A stretch of 64,000 nt of DNA from Mobula hypostoma (GCF_963921235.1 NC_086097.1:42596001-42660000), one strand, 5' to 3'; counted from the first letter of the stretch, positions 12,898-26,023 are shown. Made by a program: numbers and translations. Notes: generated by a model from the letters alone, not told the origin.

Positions 12898-13459
12898 TTA
12901 TGAGTCCCGGCCCTATGTCCTGTACCCAAGGAGGGGTCCCGACTCTGTGTTCTGTGTATGTGTCCATGGTTCCACGTACCTGCTCTCCCGAGACCAAGGC
13001 TCTGTGTTCCCATGTTCCTCTTCTCCCTAGCCCACGTCATGTCCATGCCTGGTTCTGGGGTCCGAGCCTAAGGCAAGACCCAGGTACTGGGTCCTTGCCC
13101 AGTCTGGGGCTCGGAGTCCATACCCTAGCCTCTACATGTCTCCTCTAGTTCTGGGAGCCTATTCCGAGTCCTAGCCCAGACCCTTGATCCCGGCCTAGTC
13201 GTAGTCCTGAGTCCTTGTCCAGTTTGCTACTCCTGCTCCTGCCTTGCCCTCCTGGTATTGAACAATAAACTAAATTTAATTAACCTCACAAGATGTGTCT
13301 TGCATTTGGGTCCACCCTTGCTCCCAATACCCCTGCAGTGTGACAAGAATTAAGTCCCCGTTACTTCCTGGGGTAAGTAATTCCAAAGATTCACATCCCT
13401 TTAACAAAAGAAATTCTTCTTCATCTCAGTGTTAAAGCTCTTTGCTCTAAGACTAAAAA

Positions 13460-13750
13460 GAGATTAGTTTTATTTGTCACATATACATCAAAACAAAATG
13501 TGTTGCTTACGCCTACAACCAACACAGTTCACGTGCGCTGGGAGCACCCAGTGAGTTTTGCCATGGTTCCTGCACCAGTATAGTATGCCCACAAATGACT
13601 AACCCTCACACATACGTCTCTGAACGTGGGGGGAAACAGGGCATCTGGAGGTGACCCACACGGTCACTGGGAGAAGATACAATTTCCTTACAGGCAACAG
13701 TGGGATTAAACCCGATCGCTGATCTGTAGTGCTGTAATAGTGCTACACTA
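13460..13750 (-). mobile_element. tRNA-derived SINE
   Basis: Same family as 43165-43427. Confidence 0.65.
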
Positions 13751-13751
13751 A

Positions 13752-14528
13752 CTTCCAGTTTAAGATGGCACCGGTGAAACAGAGCGATGACTTCCTGGCA
13801 GCAAAAACATCTATCAATTACTTTAATAACCACATTTTTTTCTCAAAATTTATCACTGCAGTCAATAGCCTGTAACGTCCCTTTCAGAGTCAAGCTTTAG
13901 AAATTCCTGCATGATCTGGCATTTTTGTGGTGTGAACTGAAAACTCAAAGGTGCAGGATGGTTATGTGTGTCATGTACAGGCTGAATGGAGATAGTGGAG
14001 CCCGGGTCCGAGACCGGGGAACGAGCCAGTGTTTGGCTACTGCAACGGACTTGGAGGTGATTCAAAGTGGCAGAACCACGGTGAGGCAGAGCCGAGACGG
14101 ATGGGCCTAAGTCCAAGAGTGAGAGCAAGGAACAAGCAGAGATTTGGTCAACTTAAGCACCGGGCCAGATTGAAAAAGTTTGGGGTGTCAGGGCCTTAGG
14201 CAAGGGAGGGACCGGTGTTCGGTTTGCTGCTCCGTGAGGTTTACTCACCTCTGCAGTGAACTGAGGCTGTGGCCTGCAATTAACAGGCTCCTGAATTGGC
14301 CATGACTGACTTCATGACTGTGAACTCACTTTCATGAACTTCAATTCTGAACATTATTCGCTTATTTTTATTGTTTGCACAATTTGTTTTTTTTTGCACA
14401 TTGGATTATTGATTGTGTTCTTTTATAATGGGTTCTATTGGGTTTCTTTGTTTTGTGGCTGCCTGTAAGGAGATGAATCTCAAGTCTGCATATAATATAC
14501 ATACTTTGATAATAAATATACTTTGAAT
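13752..14528 (+). mobile_element. Non-autonomous retroelement with a Rex1-type 3' tail
   Basis: 5' aagatggc head, non-coding body, 3' end matches the tails at 7606 and 36600. Confidence 0.55.
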
Positions 14529-14529
14529 T

Positions 14530-15370
14530 TTTCTATCCTACTGTGCCATCCTCTCATTAAAGACTCTCTCACAAGAGGAAATGTCCTCTTTGTATTTACC
14601 CTGTCAAGCATCCTAAGAATCAGAATGCTTTGTAAAATCACCTCCTATTCTTCTAAATTCCTTTCCACTTAACAAAGTTTCTCCATTTTCACGATCATCT
14701 TACTGAAACTTCTTTGAACTTCCTCTCATGATAACGTACCTTTCCTTGTACAAGGGAACCAAAACTGTGCATACCGTAGTTCTGTAAAAGTGTTCTTGGC
14801 AGTGCCTTGAAGAGTTGAAATAAAGTTTCCTGGCTTTTATATTCCAGTCCCTTTGAAATGAAAGCCAGCTTTCAATTAACATTTCCAATGTATCTGCATG
14901 CTGGTGTTTCATGTAGCGTTCTGAAACTTTCTGCAGTCTTTTCTTTTTAAATAATGATCTGTTTTATTCTTCACTCCACAGTAAACAGCTTCCTATTTTT
15001 CCACATCATCTTCCATTTAACCAACACTTTCCCCACTCACTTGAACCTATCAGTATCTCTTGCTTTCTGCTGTATCATCTGCAAATATGACCACAGTGCA
15101 TTTAATTCCTCCCTCTAACTCATTAATGTACATTGTACACCAATGTGATCACAGCACTGATGTCTGTTAACACACCACTAGTTACAGATTACCAACATGA
15201 AAATTGATCCCCTTTACTAGATGCTTCCTGCTAGTTACCCATCCTCCAGCAAACTAAGATACAACTCCAAAGCTATGAGCTCTCTCCTTTTATGTGGTGC
15301 CTTTTGAAAATCCTTGAATATTCCATCAAGTTGTTGTCCTTTATCCATTCTGATGCTTCCTCAAAGATCT
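14530..15370 (-). mobile_element. Old, degraded CR1
   Basis: Recognisable RT and C-terminal remnants. Confidence 0.6.
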
Positions 15371-16339
15371 CTGCTGGCAGCAGTTTGCCTGACTTGCAGT
15401 TGACTGACTGGATTAATCCTTCAACTGCAGTTCTCCAGACCTGACCAGCTCCTCCAAATGCAACTCTGTAGATTGTAGCACATCCTCTAACTAGAGTTCA
15501 ATTGACTTCTGAAAGCTGTTCCACTGATTGGGTCAATTCCTCTAACTGCTCTTCCATTGACTGGGATAGCTCCCAGTTATCTTGAGTCTACTAAGGTCTT
15601 AAGTGAACAGTTTGTCTCAGAGGAAGCCTCAACAATGTTTGTCAACTTTTGTGAAAATATAGCTTGTCCTTCATTCTGACTCTACAACGATTTTTGAGCT
15701 GTGCATTTTACCTAGAAACTTTCTTTCAATTTAACAATTGGAAGTAGAAAAACCACACCTGTTCTGCCATACAATATGATCATGGCTGATCCATTATCTC
15801 ACACCACACACCCATTATCCCGCCATGTCTTCCAATGCCTCTTTTATTATACTGAGTGGCTCAGCTTCCATTGTCTTCTGTTTTATTCTGCAGGTTCACC
15901 ACCTGCGCATTGAAGGAATGTCTCCTCATCTCACCCTGTATCCTAAGACTATAACCCTCAGTTTCCTAGTCAGATGAAGCATCCTCCCTGTATCCTTCCA
16001 GCCAGAATTTTCTACACTTCAGTAAGATCTACTTTCTTGCAACGAGGCCAGTATCCATTTGCCTTCTTAACTTCTTGAATAGCCACACATTTGCTTTAAG
16101 TAACTTGTCTTTACAGTCTCCTTAAGCAACAACACTCACCCAATCTATCACTATTTAAATAAAATATTGCTTTTTTTTTTGTTTTCCCTTTTTTTGAAAG
16201 TCTGTAGATAATTCCCCTGTCCTTAACAGACAAACATCCATCAGACATGTACTAAATGGTACCAGCATGTTCACTGGGTTGACAGTCCAGTATAATTATA
16301 CCATTAATATGTAGGCACACTGTGAACAATTACTGGGTG

Positions 16340-16645
16340 TTAACTGATGACTACTTTCTGATTTGTTTTACAATTTCACTACCTATTTTGAAAATAGTTG
16401 ATGTAGATATAATAATTCCAAAGTTAGTTGCAATGTACTCAGCAAAGACAGAATTACACACAATCTGGCGAAGAAGGTACACTCAACAGATGGAAGATGC
16501 ATTCTTGGTGATTGTGCTGGCAGACTGTCTTCCGAAGTCAAATTTTTCACGATTTTGATTTAACTTTATGATCTTATGTACTTCTTAAAAACTAAAAGAA
16601 ACTTGGTGCTGGCAGTGATGCAATCGAAAGAGCAGTTGTTCATGA
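16340..16645 (+). pseudogene. Decayed exon, SEA-like module, copy 1
   Basis: SLPILKIVDVDIII..AKTELHTIWRRRYTQQMEDAFL; paralogous to 19560-19890; the acceptor position reads ttttacaa (AG lost). Confidence 0.5.
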
Positions 16646-17404
16646 AAAATAACATCATATAAAATTTGCAAGGCAGCCAAAATCAATATATTGCACACAT
16701 CTCTGAATTGTCTTCCTAGTTTTCTGAATCCATTTGAATTATCAAATTACAAGCTAAATCACAGTTCTCTAAGCTTTCCAATTTTCAGAGGCTAACTCCA
16801 ATAAGGAGTTCACAGCAATGCCTCAGCCACAATCTTTTATAGTTGAGATGCAGGTCTCGGAACAGAAACTTGATTCTGAAGGCAGATTTCATCTTTGCTG
16901 CCCAGGAATGCAATCTGGTGGAAAGGATTGTTTGCTCTTTATAGACCCTGTCAGTTTACTCTAGACCGGGAGCAGAATAAGCCAACATATGGCATAGCTT
17001 TTTTTCAACAATTTTTACAGCCTGAGAGTGACCCAAACTGCTTGGCAACAATGAAGTACTTCTGAAGAATGTCTACTTTTCCATGGCTTTAAGAATGATT
17101 TGAGCACAGCTGTGCTTCACAAAAAGCAATGTGATAATGACAAGGTAATCTTTTTTGCTGATGGGTAAATATTGACCAGGACATTGTGGAGGGCCTCCCT
17201 GTTCTTCCAAGAATAATGTTGAAATACCCATCTGAAGGGCAGACAGGGCTTTATTTTTTTAAAGGTGAGACCCCTGACTTTGGTGGCACCCCGGGCCGTA
17301 CAGGAAAGTTTGTATAATGGGGGTGACCCCCCACTTTTTTATACATTTATTCAAGGGATATGAGCTTCACAGATGGAACCAGCATTTAATTGCCCATCCC
17401 TAGT

Positions 17405-17718
17405 TACTTATTTATTTCTTTTTATTTATTTAGAGATACAGCACAGACAGACCCTTCCGGCCCAGTGAGGTGCAACACCCAGCAACCCACCTGTTTAACC
17501 ATCGCCTAATCACAGCACAATTTACAATGACTAATTCACCTACTAACTGGTATGTCCTTGGACTGTGGGAGCAAGTCGGAGCACCCGGAGGAAACCCACG
17601 TGTTCAAGGAGAGGACGTACAAACGCTTTACAGTCGGCGCCGGAATTGAACCTTGAACTCCACTCTGACCCCCTAAGCTGTAATAGCGTTGCGCTAACCG
17701 CTACACTGTCGTGGCACC
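17405..17718 (-). mobile_element. tRNA-derived SINE
   Basis: gtagcggttagc..ggttcaattcc boxes and (TAAA)n tail. Confidence 0.8.
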
Positions 17719-17719
17719 C

Positions 17720-18320
17720 ATTCCTGAGGAAAATCAGCTGCCTTTGAGAAGGTGGTGATGGTGGTCTGCCTTCTTGAACCACTGCAATCCCTAAGGGATG
17801 GGTATACCCATAATGGCATTGTGGAGAGAGTTCAAGGACTTTGACACTGAAGGAACAATGGTATATCTCCAACTCATAATGGCTTGGAGAGAAATCTCCA
17901 GCTAGTGGTGTTCCCATACTTCTGCCGCCCTTGCCTTTCCAGATGATAGAGATGGTGGGTTTGGAAAGTGCTGTCTAAAGTATCTTGGTGAGTTGCTGAA
18001 GTACGCGGTACAGACGGTACATACTGTGTGCCAGTGCCGCAGTCAGTAAATGACTGTGGATGTGTGGCCTGTCAAGCAGGCCGCTGTACTGTTAAGCTTC
18101 TTGAGTGTTGCTGAAGCTCTCATCCAGGCAGGCTTAGGGTATTCCAGCACATTCCTGACATGAGCCTTGCAGATCTTGGAAAGGATTTGGAGAGTCAGGA
18201 GGTGATTTACTCTCTGCAGGATTCCTGGATTCTGACCTGATTTTGTAGGCATATTGTGTATATGGCAACTCAAGTTGAATTTATGGTTAATAGTACCCAC
18301 CCCCAGGTTATTGATAAAAT
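17720..18320 (-). mobile_element. Degraded CR1/L2-group LINE 3' part
   Basis: ORF 18043-18300 GILQRV..KAHVRNVLEY. Confidence 0.6.
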
Positions 18321-18611
18321 CGGAGTTGTCAACTAAGACAGACTTTACAGAGTTATTCTAGAGCAAAGTTAGCTGTTACCTTTTCTGTCATTTGCAGCCT
18401 TTAAAGGATAAGATTAGTGTGTTAAATTTACTGCACTTGATAGAATTCAATCATAATTACGTTTTATTAAGGAAAGTAGAAGTTGATGAAGAAGAAAATA
18501 TACAAAAACATAAAGAAATTATGTACTCTGAAGCATATGATTTATAATAATCCAAAATGCCATTCCCTCTATTTTTAACCAACATATCAGACTACATACC
18601 AGTTATGGCAA

Positions 18612-19530
18612 TACAATTACAAGTCCTTTAGCCCACAATGTTGTGTTGATCTTTTAACCTACTCCAAGATCAATCTAACACTTCTCTTCTGCATATCCCT
18701 CCATTTTTCTTTCATCCATGTGCCTTTCTAGGAGGTTTTTAAATGTCTCGAATATACCTACCTCTGTCACCACCCCGGCAGTGTGTTCCATGCATCCACC
18801 GCTCCTTGTGTAAAACACCTACCACTGACACCTTTCCTAAGCTTTGCTCCCCTCACCTTAAAATCATGTCCTCTCGTGTCAGCCATTTCCACCCTGGGAA
18901 AATGGCACTGGATGTCTACTCTATCATATTATACACATCTATCAAGTCATCTCTCATATTTCTTCGCTCAGTTTTTTTCCTCATAAAACATGCTCTCTAA
19001 TCCAGGCAGCATCCTGGTAAACCTCCCCTGCACCCTCCCAAAAGCTTCCACATTCTTCTGACCATAATGGAACACAATACTTCAAGTGTGGTTTAACCAA
19101 AGTGCAACTTTACCTCGTGGCCCTTGAAATGAATCCACTGACTAATGAGACCAACAGACCATGTAATTTCTTACATCCCTGTCAGCTTGTGCAAAAACTC
19201 AGAGGGATCTATGGACCTGGACTCAAGATCCCTCTGTCCTCCACACTTCCAAGAATCCTTTCATTAACCCTGTATTCCTCCTACAAGTTCAACCTTCCAA
19301 AGTGTATCACTTCACACTTTTCTGGATTAAACTGTATCTGCCACTTCTCAGCTCTGCTTCCTCTCAGTGTCCCATTGTAACCTACCACACCATTCTACAC
19401 CATCCACAGCACCACCAATCTTCATGTCATCTGAAAACTTCCAAAACCACTCTTGCACCCTCCTCATCCATGTCATTTATAAAGAACCACAAATAGCAGA
19501 GGTCCCAGAACACCATTGGTCTCCGACCCC
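18612..19530 (-). mobile_element. Degraded CR1 3' part
   Basis: CR1 RT C-terminus and 3' UTR motifs. Confidence 0.7.
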
Positions 19531-19559
19531 CCTGGAAGAAATTGGTTTGATTTTGTAGA

Positions 19560-19890
19560 CCTGATGATGATTAATCTTTCATTTGCTTTACAGTTTCACT
19601 GTCTGTTTTGAAATTGGTAGAAGTAGATATAATAACCATTTTTATTTTTACTTAAAGAAATAAAATTTTAAAAATTAATTGCAAAAGCAGAACTAAACCC
19701 AATCTGGCAAAAATACACTCAACAGATGGAAGAGAAATTTTTGATGTTTTGTACTGACAGGATGTCTTGCAAAGTCAAGTTTCTAACTATATTAATTTAA
19801 TCTTGTTATCTTATGTACTTTTTTTCTCTTGTAAATTGAAAACCAGAGGGTTCTGACAGTCATACAATTGAAACAGCAGCTGTTCATGTC
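19560..19890 (+). pseudogene. Decayed exon, SEA-like module, copy 2
   Basis: Acceptor tttgctttacag; SLSVLKLVEVDIIT..AKAELNPIWQKYTQQMEEKFL; conservative substitutions relative to copy 1. Confidence 0.5.
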
Positions 19891-20677
19891 ATCCTGTTGA
19901 GGACAGATGGAAATATTGTAGATGAATATCCCATTAATATTGCATGATGCCATCTTGGAATTAACTACCAATACTATTAGTAGAGAAGTAATGTTAGGTA
20001 AACTAATTGAGCTGAAGGCTAATTAAGTTCCCTGACCCAGATGGAATGTATCCTAGCTCCTAAAAGTAGCTACTGAGGTAGTGAATGTATTAGTTGTAAA
20101 GTTCCAAAAATCTGTGCAGGCTGGAGATGTATCAGAGGCTTGAAAAATTGATAATCTGACAATCAAAGTTAAAAATGGACAGAAACAAAAATAAGATAAT
20201 CGTAGGCCAATTAACCAATCACTTATTGTTGCAAAAATGTTGCAAACTAAAGAAAAAAATTGCAGTAGATTTGTAAAATCATAACCTAATCAGTTAAAGT
20301 CAACAGAGCTTAACATAGAACATAGAATACAGAACATAGAACAGTACAGGCCCTTCAGCCCACAATGTTGTGCCGACCCTTAAACCCTGCCTCCCATAAT
20401 AGAAGATGGCTTCAAGAAGTGCAACTGGATTTGAAAATTTGTTGGTGTTTTTGAGCAAGTGTCTAGCAGAGTGGAGAGAGGGGGATCAGTAGATGTATTG
20501 TATTTACAGCAAAGTGACTCACAAAATGTTAAGCCACAAGAGCCCATTTTTCCATAGGTAATATATTGGCACAGAGGAAGGATCGGCTAACAGGCAGAAA
20601 GCAGTGCGTCAACAGGATAATTTTTAAGGTTGGAATCTGTAACATGGAATCAGCGCCGGATTTACACAAGGTTACAA

Positions 20678-21803
20678 AATCAGAATCAGAATCAGAATCA
20701 GGTTTATTATCACCGGCATGTGACGTGAAATTTGTTAACCCAGCAGGAACAGTTCAATACATAATATAGAAGGGAAAAAGATTAAATAAATAAATAATGA
20801 TAAATAAATAAATCTTATTCCGTATACTTTATACAGTGTACGTATATTGAATAGATTAAAAATTGTGCAAAAAACAGAAATACTATATATTTTAAAAAAG
20901 TGAGGTAGTGTCCAAGGGTTCAAAGTCCATTTAGGAATCAAATGGCAGAGGCGAAGAAGCTGTTCCTGAATCGCTGAGTGTGTGTCTTCAGGCTTTTGTA
21001 TCTCCTGCCTGATGGTAACAGTGAGAAAAAGGCATGCCCCTGGGTGCTGGAGGTCCTTAATAATGGACGCTGCCTTTCTGAGACACTGCTCCCTGAAGAT
21101 GTCCTGGGTACTTTGTAGGCTAGTACCCAAGATGGAGCTGACTAAATTTACGACCCTCTTGCAGCTTCTTTCGGTCCTGTGCAGTAGCCCCCTCCATACC
21201 AGTCAGTGATGCAGCCTGTCAGAATGCTCTCCACAGTACATGTATACAAGTTTTTGAGAGTATTTGTTGACATACCAAATCCCTTCAAACTCCTAATGAA
21301 GTATAGCTGCTGTCTTGCCTTCTTTATAACTACATTGATATGTTGGGACCAGGTTAGATCCTCAGAGATCTTGACACCCAGGAACTTGAAGCTGCTCACT
21401 CTCTCCACTTCTGATCCCTCTATGAGGACTGGAATGTGTTCTTTTGTCTTACCCTACCTGAAGTCCACAATCAGCTCTTTCGTCTTACTGACGTTGAGTG
21501 CCAGGTTGTTGCTGCGACACCACTCCACTAGTTGGCATATCTCACTCCTGTACACCCTCTCGTCACCACCTGAGATTCTACCAACAATGGTTGTATCGTC
21601 AGTAAATTTATAGATGATATTTGAGCTATGCCTAGCCACACAGTCATGGGTATATAGAGAATCGAGCAGTGGGCTAAGCACACAACCCTGGGATGCACCA
21701 GTGCTGATCATCAGCGAGGAGGATATGTTATCACCAATCCGCACAGATTGTGGTCTTCCGGTTAGGAAGTCGAGGGTCCAATTGCAGAGGGAGGTACAGA
21801 GGT
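20678..21803 (-). mobile_element. Rex1/Babar LINE, 5'-truncated
   Basis: [31 protein letters not shown]; (TCTGAT)n tail. Confidence 0.9.
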
Positions 21804-22082
21804 ATAACATATAGTAATATGTAACCTATGGACACTTTCAAGGGCTCTACAACTCATGTTCTCAGTATTACTTATTTACCATTTTTTTGTTATTGCAGTT
21901 TGTCCTCCATTGTACATTGTGTGCCAGTCTTTATTTGTGTGTAGCTTTTCATTGATCTTCTTGTATTTTTGTTCAATTGTGAATGCCTGCAAGAAAATGA
22001 ATCCTAGAGTAGGATATGGTGACATATATTTACTAGGATAATAAATTCACTTTGAACTTACAAAAAATGACTTACAAACCAG

Positions 22083-22084
<2 letters not shown>

Positions 22085-22147
<63 letters not shown>

Positions 22148-22207
22148 AGTGTGTGTGTGAGAGAGAGAGTGTAATAGAGTGTGAGTGTGTGTGAGTATGT
22201 GTGTGTG
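22085..22207. repeat. (GT)n/(GA)n microsatellite
   Basis: Seen directly. Confidence 0.95.
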
Positions 22208-22655
22208 GAGAGAGAGGGAGAAAAGAAAACACGCCATGAAAACCAGATGAATATCAACAAACCCTTGCTAACGTAAGAGATCCAGATATGACAAGCTACC
22301 CAAAATGGACATGCTGAATGGACAAATTCCCGCAGTTCAATATCAGCAGGAATGCAAATTATAAAGAGTAAGGTTTTGGAAAAATTAATTGAAATTTCTA
22401 AAACATTCACCAGGAGTTTAAGACTTAATTTTTTTCCTCACATATCCCTAGTAACCAGAATTATGTTCCCAGCAAAAGCGGGAACTTTTAATCAAACTCT
22501 TGGCACAAGTTAGAACTCCATCCACACTGCCATAGATGAATCCAGACACACTATCTCTAATTCAAAGGAGATCCACACAAATTCAAAAAAGTCCTCAACG
22601 AGAAGCTTTATGCTTTAGATGACTAATGATCAATTATCTCAAGGAAAAGAAGCTC

Positions 22656-24745
22656 ATAAGATAAAACTTTATTTATCCCAAAGGAAATTATTGTTGCGCA
22701 AACACGAGGAAATCTGCAGTTGCTGGAAATTCAAGCAACACACACAAAATGCTGGTGGAACGCAGCAGGTCAGGCAGCATCTATAGGAAGAGGTACAGTC
22801 AACGTTTCGGGCCAAGACTCTTTTCATTGTTGGAAATTATTGTTGCAAGGTTGTTCAGTCAGAAATAGATACTTTAAAATACAAAATATAAGCATTGAGG
22901 TACAAAAAAAATACAAAATATGCATAAAAGGTAATAGTGCAAAATAGAGATATGCAATGAAACCATATAGTGCAAAAGTTTGGGCACCCCAGTCAGAATT
23001 TCTGTTACTGTGAATAGCTAAGCGAGTAAAAGATGAACTGATTTCCAAAAGGCATAAAGTTAAAGATGACACATTTCTTTAATATTTTAAGCAAGAAAAT
23101 TTTTTTTTATTTCCATCTTTTACAGTTTCAAAATAACAAAAAAGGAAAAGGGCCCAAAGCAGAAGTTTGGGCACCCTGCATGGTAGCACTTAATAACACC
23201 CCCTTTGGCAAGTAACACAGCTTGTAAACACTTTTTGTAGCCAGCTAAGAGTCTTTCAATTCTTGTTTGGGGGATTTTTGCCCATTCCTCCTTGCAAAAG
23301 GCTTCTAGTTCTGTGAGATTCTTGGGCCATCTTGCATGCACTGCTCTTTTGAGGTCTATCCACAGATTCTCAATGATGTTTAGGTCAGGGGACTGTGAGG
23401 GCCATGGCAAACCCTTCAGCTTGCACCTCTTGAGGTAGTCCATTGTGGTCAGTTCTACTTTAACTTCATCAGTTCTCAGGACTTGTTTCCAAAATGCATC
23501 AGGTTTGTTTAGATGTTCCTTTGAACCTCTTGAATAGAACTTTTTGGCTGCAATGAGCAAAGGTATGTTTGGAGAAAAAAGGGTGCAGAATTTCATGAAA
23601 AGAACACCTCTCCAACTGTTAAGCACAGGGGTGGATTGATCATGCTTTGGGCTTGTGTTGCAGCCAGTGGCACAGGGAACATTTACTGGTAAAGAGAAGA
23701 ATAAATTCAATTAAATACCAGCAAATTCTGGAAGCAAACATCACACCATCTGTAAAATAGCTGAAGATGAAAAGAGGATGGCTTCTACAACAGGATAATG
23801 AACCTAAATGCACCTCAAAATCCACGATGGACTACCTCAAGAGGTGCAAATTGAAGGTTTTGCCATGGCCCTCACAGTCCCCTGACCTAAACATCATCAA
23901 GAATCTGTGGATAGACCTCAAGAAGAGCAGTGCATGCAAGATGGCCCAAGAATCTCACAGAACTAGAAGCTTTTTGCAAGGAAGAATGGGCAAAAATCCC
24001 CCAAACAGGAATTGAAAGGCTCTTAGCTGGCTGCAAAAATTGTTCACAAGCTGTGATACTTGCCAAAGGGGGTGTTACTAAGTACTGCCATGCAGGGCGC
24101 CCAAACTTTTGCTTCAGGCCTTTTTCCTTTTTTGTTATTTTGAAACTGTAAAAGATGGAAATAAAAAAGTTTTCTTGCTTAAAATATTAAAGAAATGTGT
24201 CATCTTTAACTTTATGCCTTTTGGAAATCAGTTCATCTTTCCCTCGCTTAGCTATTCACAGTAACAGAAATTTAGACCAGGGGTGCCCAAACCTTTGCAT
24301 GCCACTCTGCTTATAAACTTAAGGAGGAGGAGTTGCAGAGTCTTATAGCCCCAGGGAGAAAGGATCTCCTGTGGCGTTCAGTGATGCACCTCAGTGGAGT
24401 CAATCTGTTACTAAAGGTGCTCCTCTGTTTGTCCAGTATGTGATGGAGGGGTGAGAGGGATTGTCCATAATGCTCTGTACAGCTCTGTAGCATCCTCCTC
24501 TCAGACACAGGCACCAGGGAATCCAGTTCCACCCCCAGAACAGAACCAGCCTTCCTGATGAGCTTATCGATCTTCCTGGCATCAGCTGCTCTCACCCTGC
24601 TGCCCCAGCAGACTACAGCGTAGAATAGAACGCTGGCCACCGTTGAGTCATAGAACATCAGCAGCATAGTACTGCAGACGTTGAATGACCAGAGCCTCCT
24701 CAGGAAGTACAGTCGGCTCTGTCCCTTCTTGTGCAGAGCCCCTGT
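22656..24745 (-). mobile_element. Rex1/Babar 3' fragment hosting a Penelope-type piece (22698-22831) and a Tc1 element
   Basis: ORF 24311-24802 KKGQSRLYFLRRL; 15-bp TSD GGAAATTATTGTTGC at 22683-22697 and 22832-22846 around the small insert. Confidence 0.8.
22968..24306. mobile_element. Tc1/mariner IR/DR-type transposon derivative, palindromic
   Basis: WPSQSPDLNIIENLW on both strands; QQDNEPK; inner/outer DR aagtttgggcaccc; arms 22971-23448 and 23822-24299. Confidence 0.92.
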
Positions 24746-26023
24746 ATTTTTAGTACTCATAGTAGAACTTACAAAGACAGAAGGCTCCAAATCATCTCCC
24801 AATACTCCTAGAACTTTCCTTTCAGCAAAATGATCTCAGGATGAGAGAGCATTGCACTAGCAACCTCATTGCACATGGTACAATAATATTAAGGTTGTAC
24901 TGTGGCACTGCAGGTCATACAGCTAGCACTGGGTTCCCATGACCTGAATTCAATGCTCACCTGCAGTGCCTTCATGTGGAGCTTACAAGATCTCCCTGTG
25001 ACTGCTTGTGTTTCCTCAAGTGCTTCAGTTGCTGACCGCCATGCTGATTTGGTAGGTTAATTAGATGTTGTAAAATACCTGCAGTGCTTCTGAATTGTAG
25101 TAGTAACACTGGGAATCTGATCAACACATGAGAGAGAATAAGTTATTGGGAAATAGGTAGGAGAATAGAACTGATGGGACTGCTCTGAGAGCTGGCAGAG
25201 ACACACTGGGCTGAATAGCCTCATCTACTAAATAGCCTCATTTGCTAAAAAAAAATTAAATCATTACCATAACACATGCACATCCTGGAAACAGAACCTC
25301 CGTTGAAAATGCTGGTTCAAGAACAAGCTTAAGGCAAACTATATACTGAGTTTGCTCACAGACTTGGCAACAAGAAAGGAAAACTAAAGTATTGTTTTCC
25401 CCAAACCCAATATAAAACATCAAATGTATATGCACATATAAAATGAACATATTATTTTGTCTTAATCAGTGACCCTTGGAACTAAAGTTATATACATCCA
25501 TTTTTCTGTTATTCCTCATTGAATATGGACTGTATTTAACAAATGTCAAATAATAAATAGGCTTGGACATGGCGAGCTTGTGGTATTGTGAAATGAAATA
25601 TTCTCAAAAGCCTGATTATGGATGAAGGGATTGTTTAATCCTTCATTTCCAGCACTACTCTGGTTATTTCATGATTTCTTATTGTGCGACTTTGACTTAA
25701 AAGTTTTTTGTTCATTTTACAGAAACTTAGTATTTTTGAACTTGCAAAAATATTCTCCTTTTTTTCATTAATCTGCTGCATTACTGAGCTTCAAGTTTTC
25801 GCATTTTCACTCATTCTATTGTTTAAAATAAAACTTGAAAAGCACCAGAAAAAAACAAGAACTTAACAAAATAGTAACAATTAACTTTAAATAGTCCTTA
25901 CAAATTAATCAGGTGGTATGAATAATAATAATTAGTTAATTATTTGGTAAAGAATTTACTTTGCAATCCTAATGTGATTGCAGGCTGTTGAGAAACTTGC
26001 TTGGGTTGGATTCGAATTTAGCC

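Larger units (their letters stand above)
11716..13345 (+). mobile_element. Long solo LTR, 1630 bp, with internal tandem arrays
   Basis: TGTCA...TGACA termini; 5-bp TSD AGAAT at 11711-11715 and 13346-13350; AATAAA at 13264. Confidence 0.85.

Noticed and set aside
12600..13148. 182-aa ORF
   Set aside because: Translation of the GC-rich ~70-bp tandem array within the solo LTR.
16485..16525. miR-7-like TGGAAGA seed in the duplicated module
   Set aside because: The rest of the mature sequence and a precursor hairpin are absent; a coding relic explains the conservation better.
22047..22410. His/Thr-rich ORFs
   Set aside because: Translation of the (CA)n microsatellite.
23120..23710. 196-aa ORF as a functional transposase
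   Set aside because: Chimera of antisense and rearranged Tc1 segments with no DNA-binding domain and an incomplete catalytic triad.
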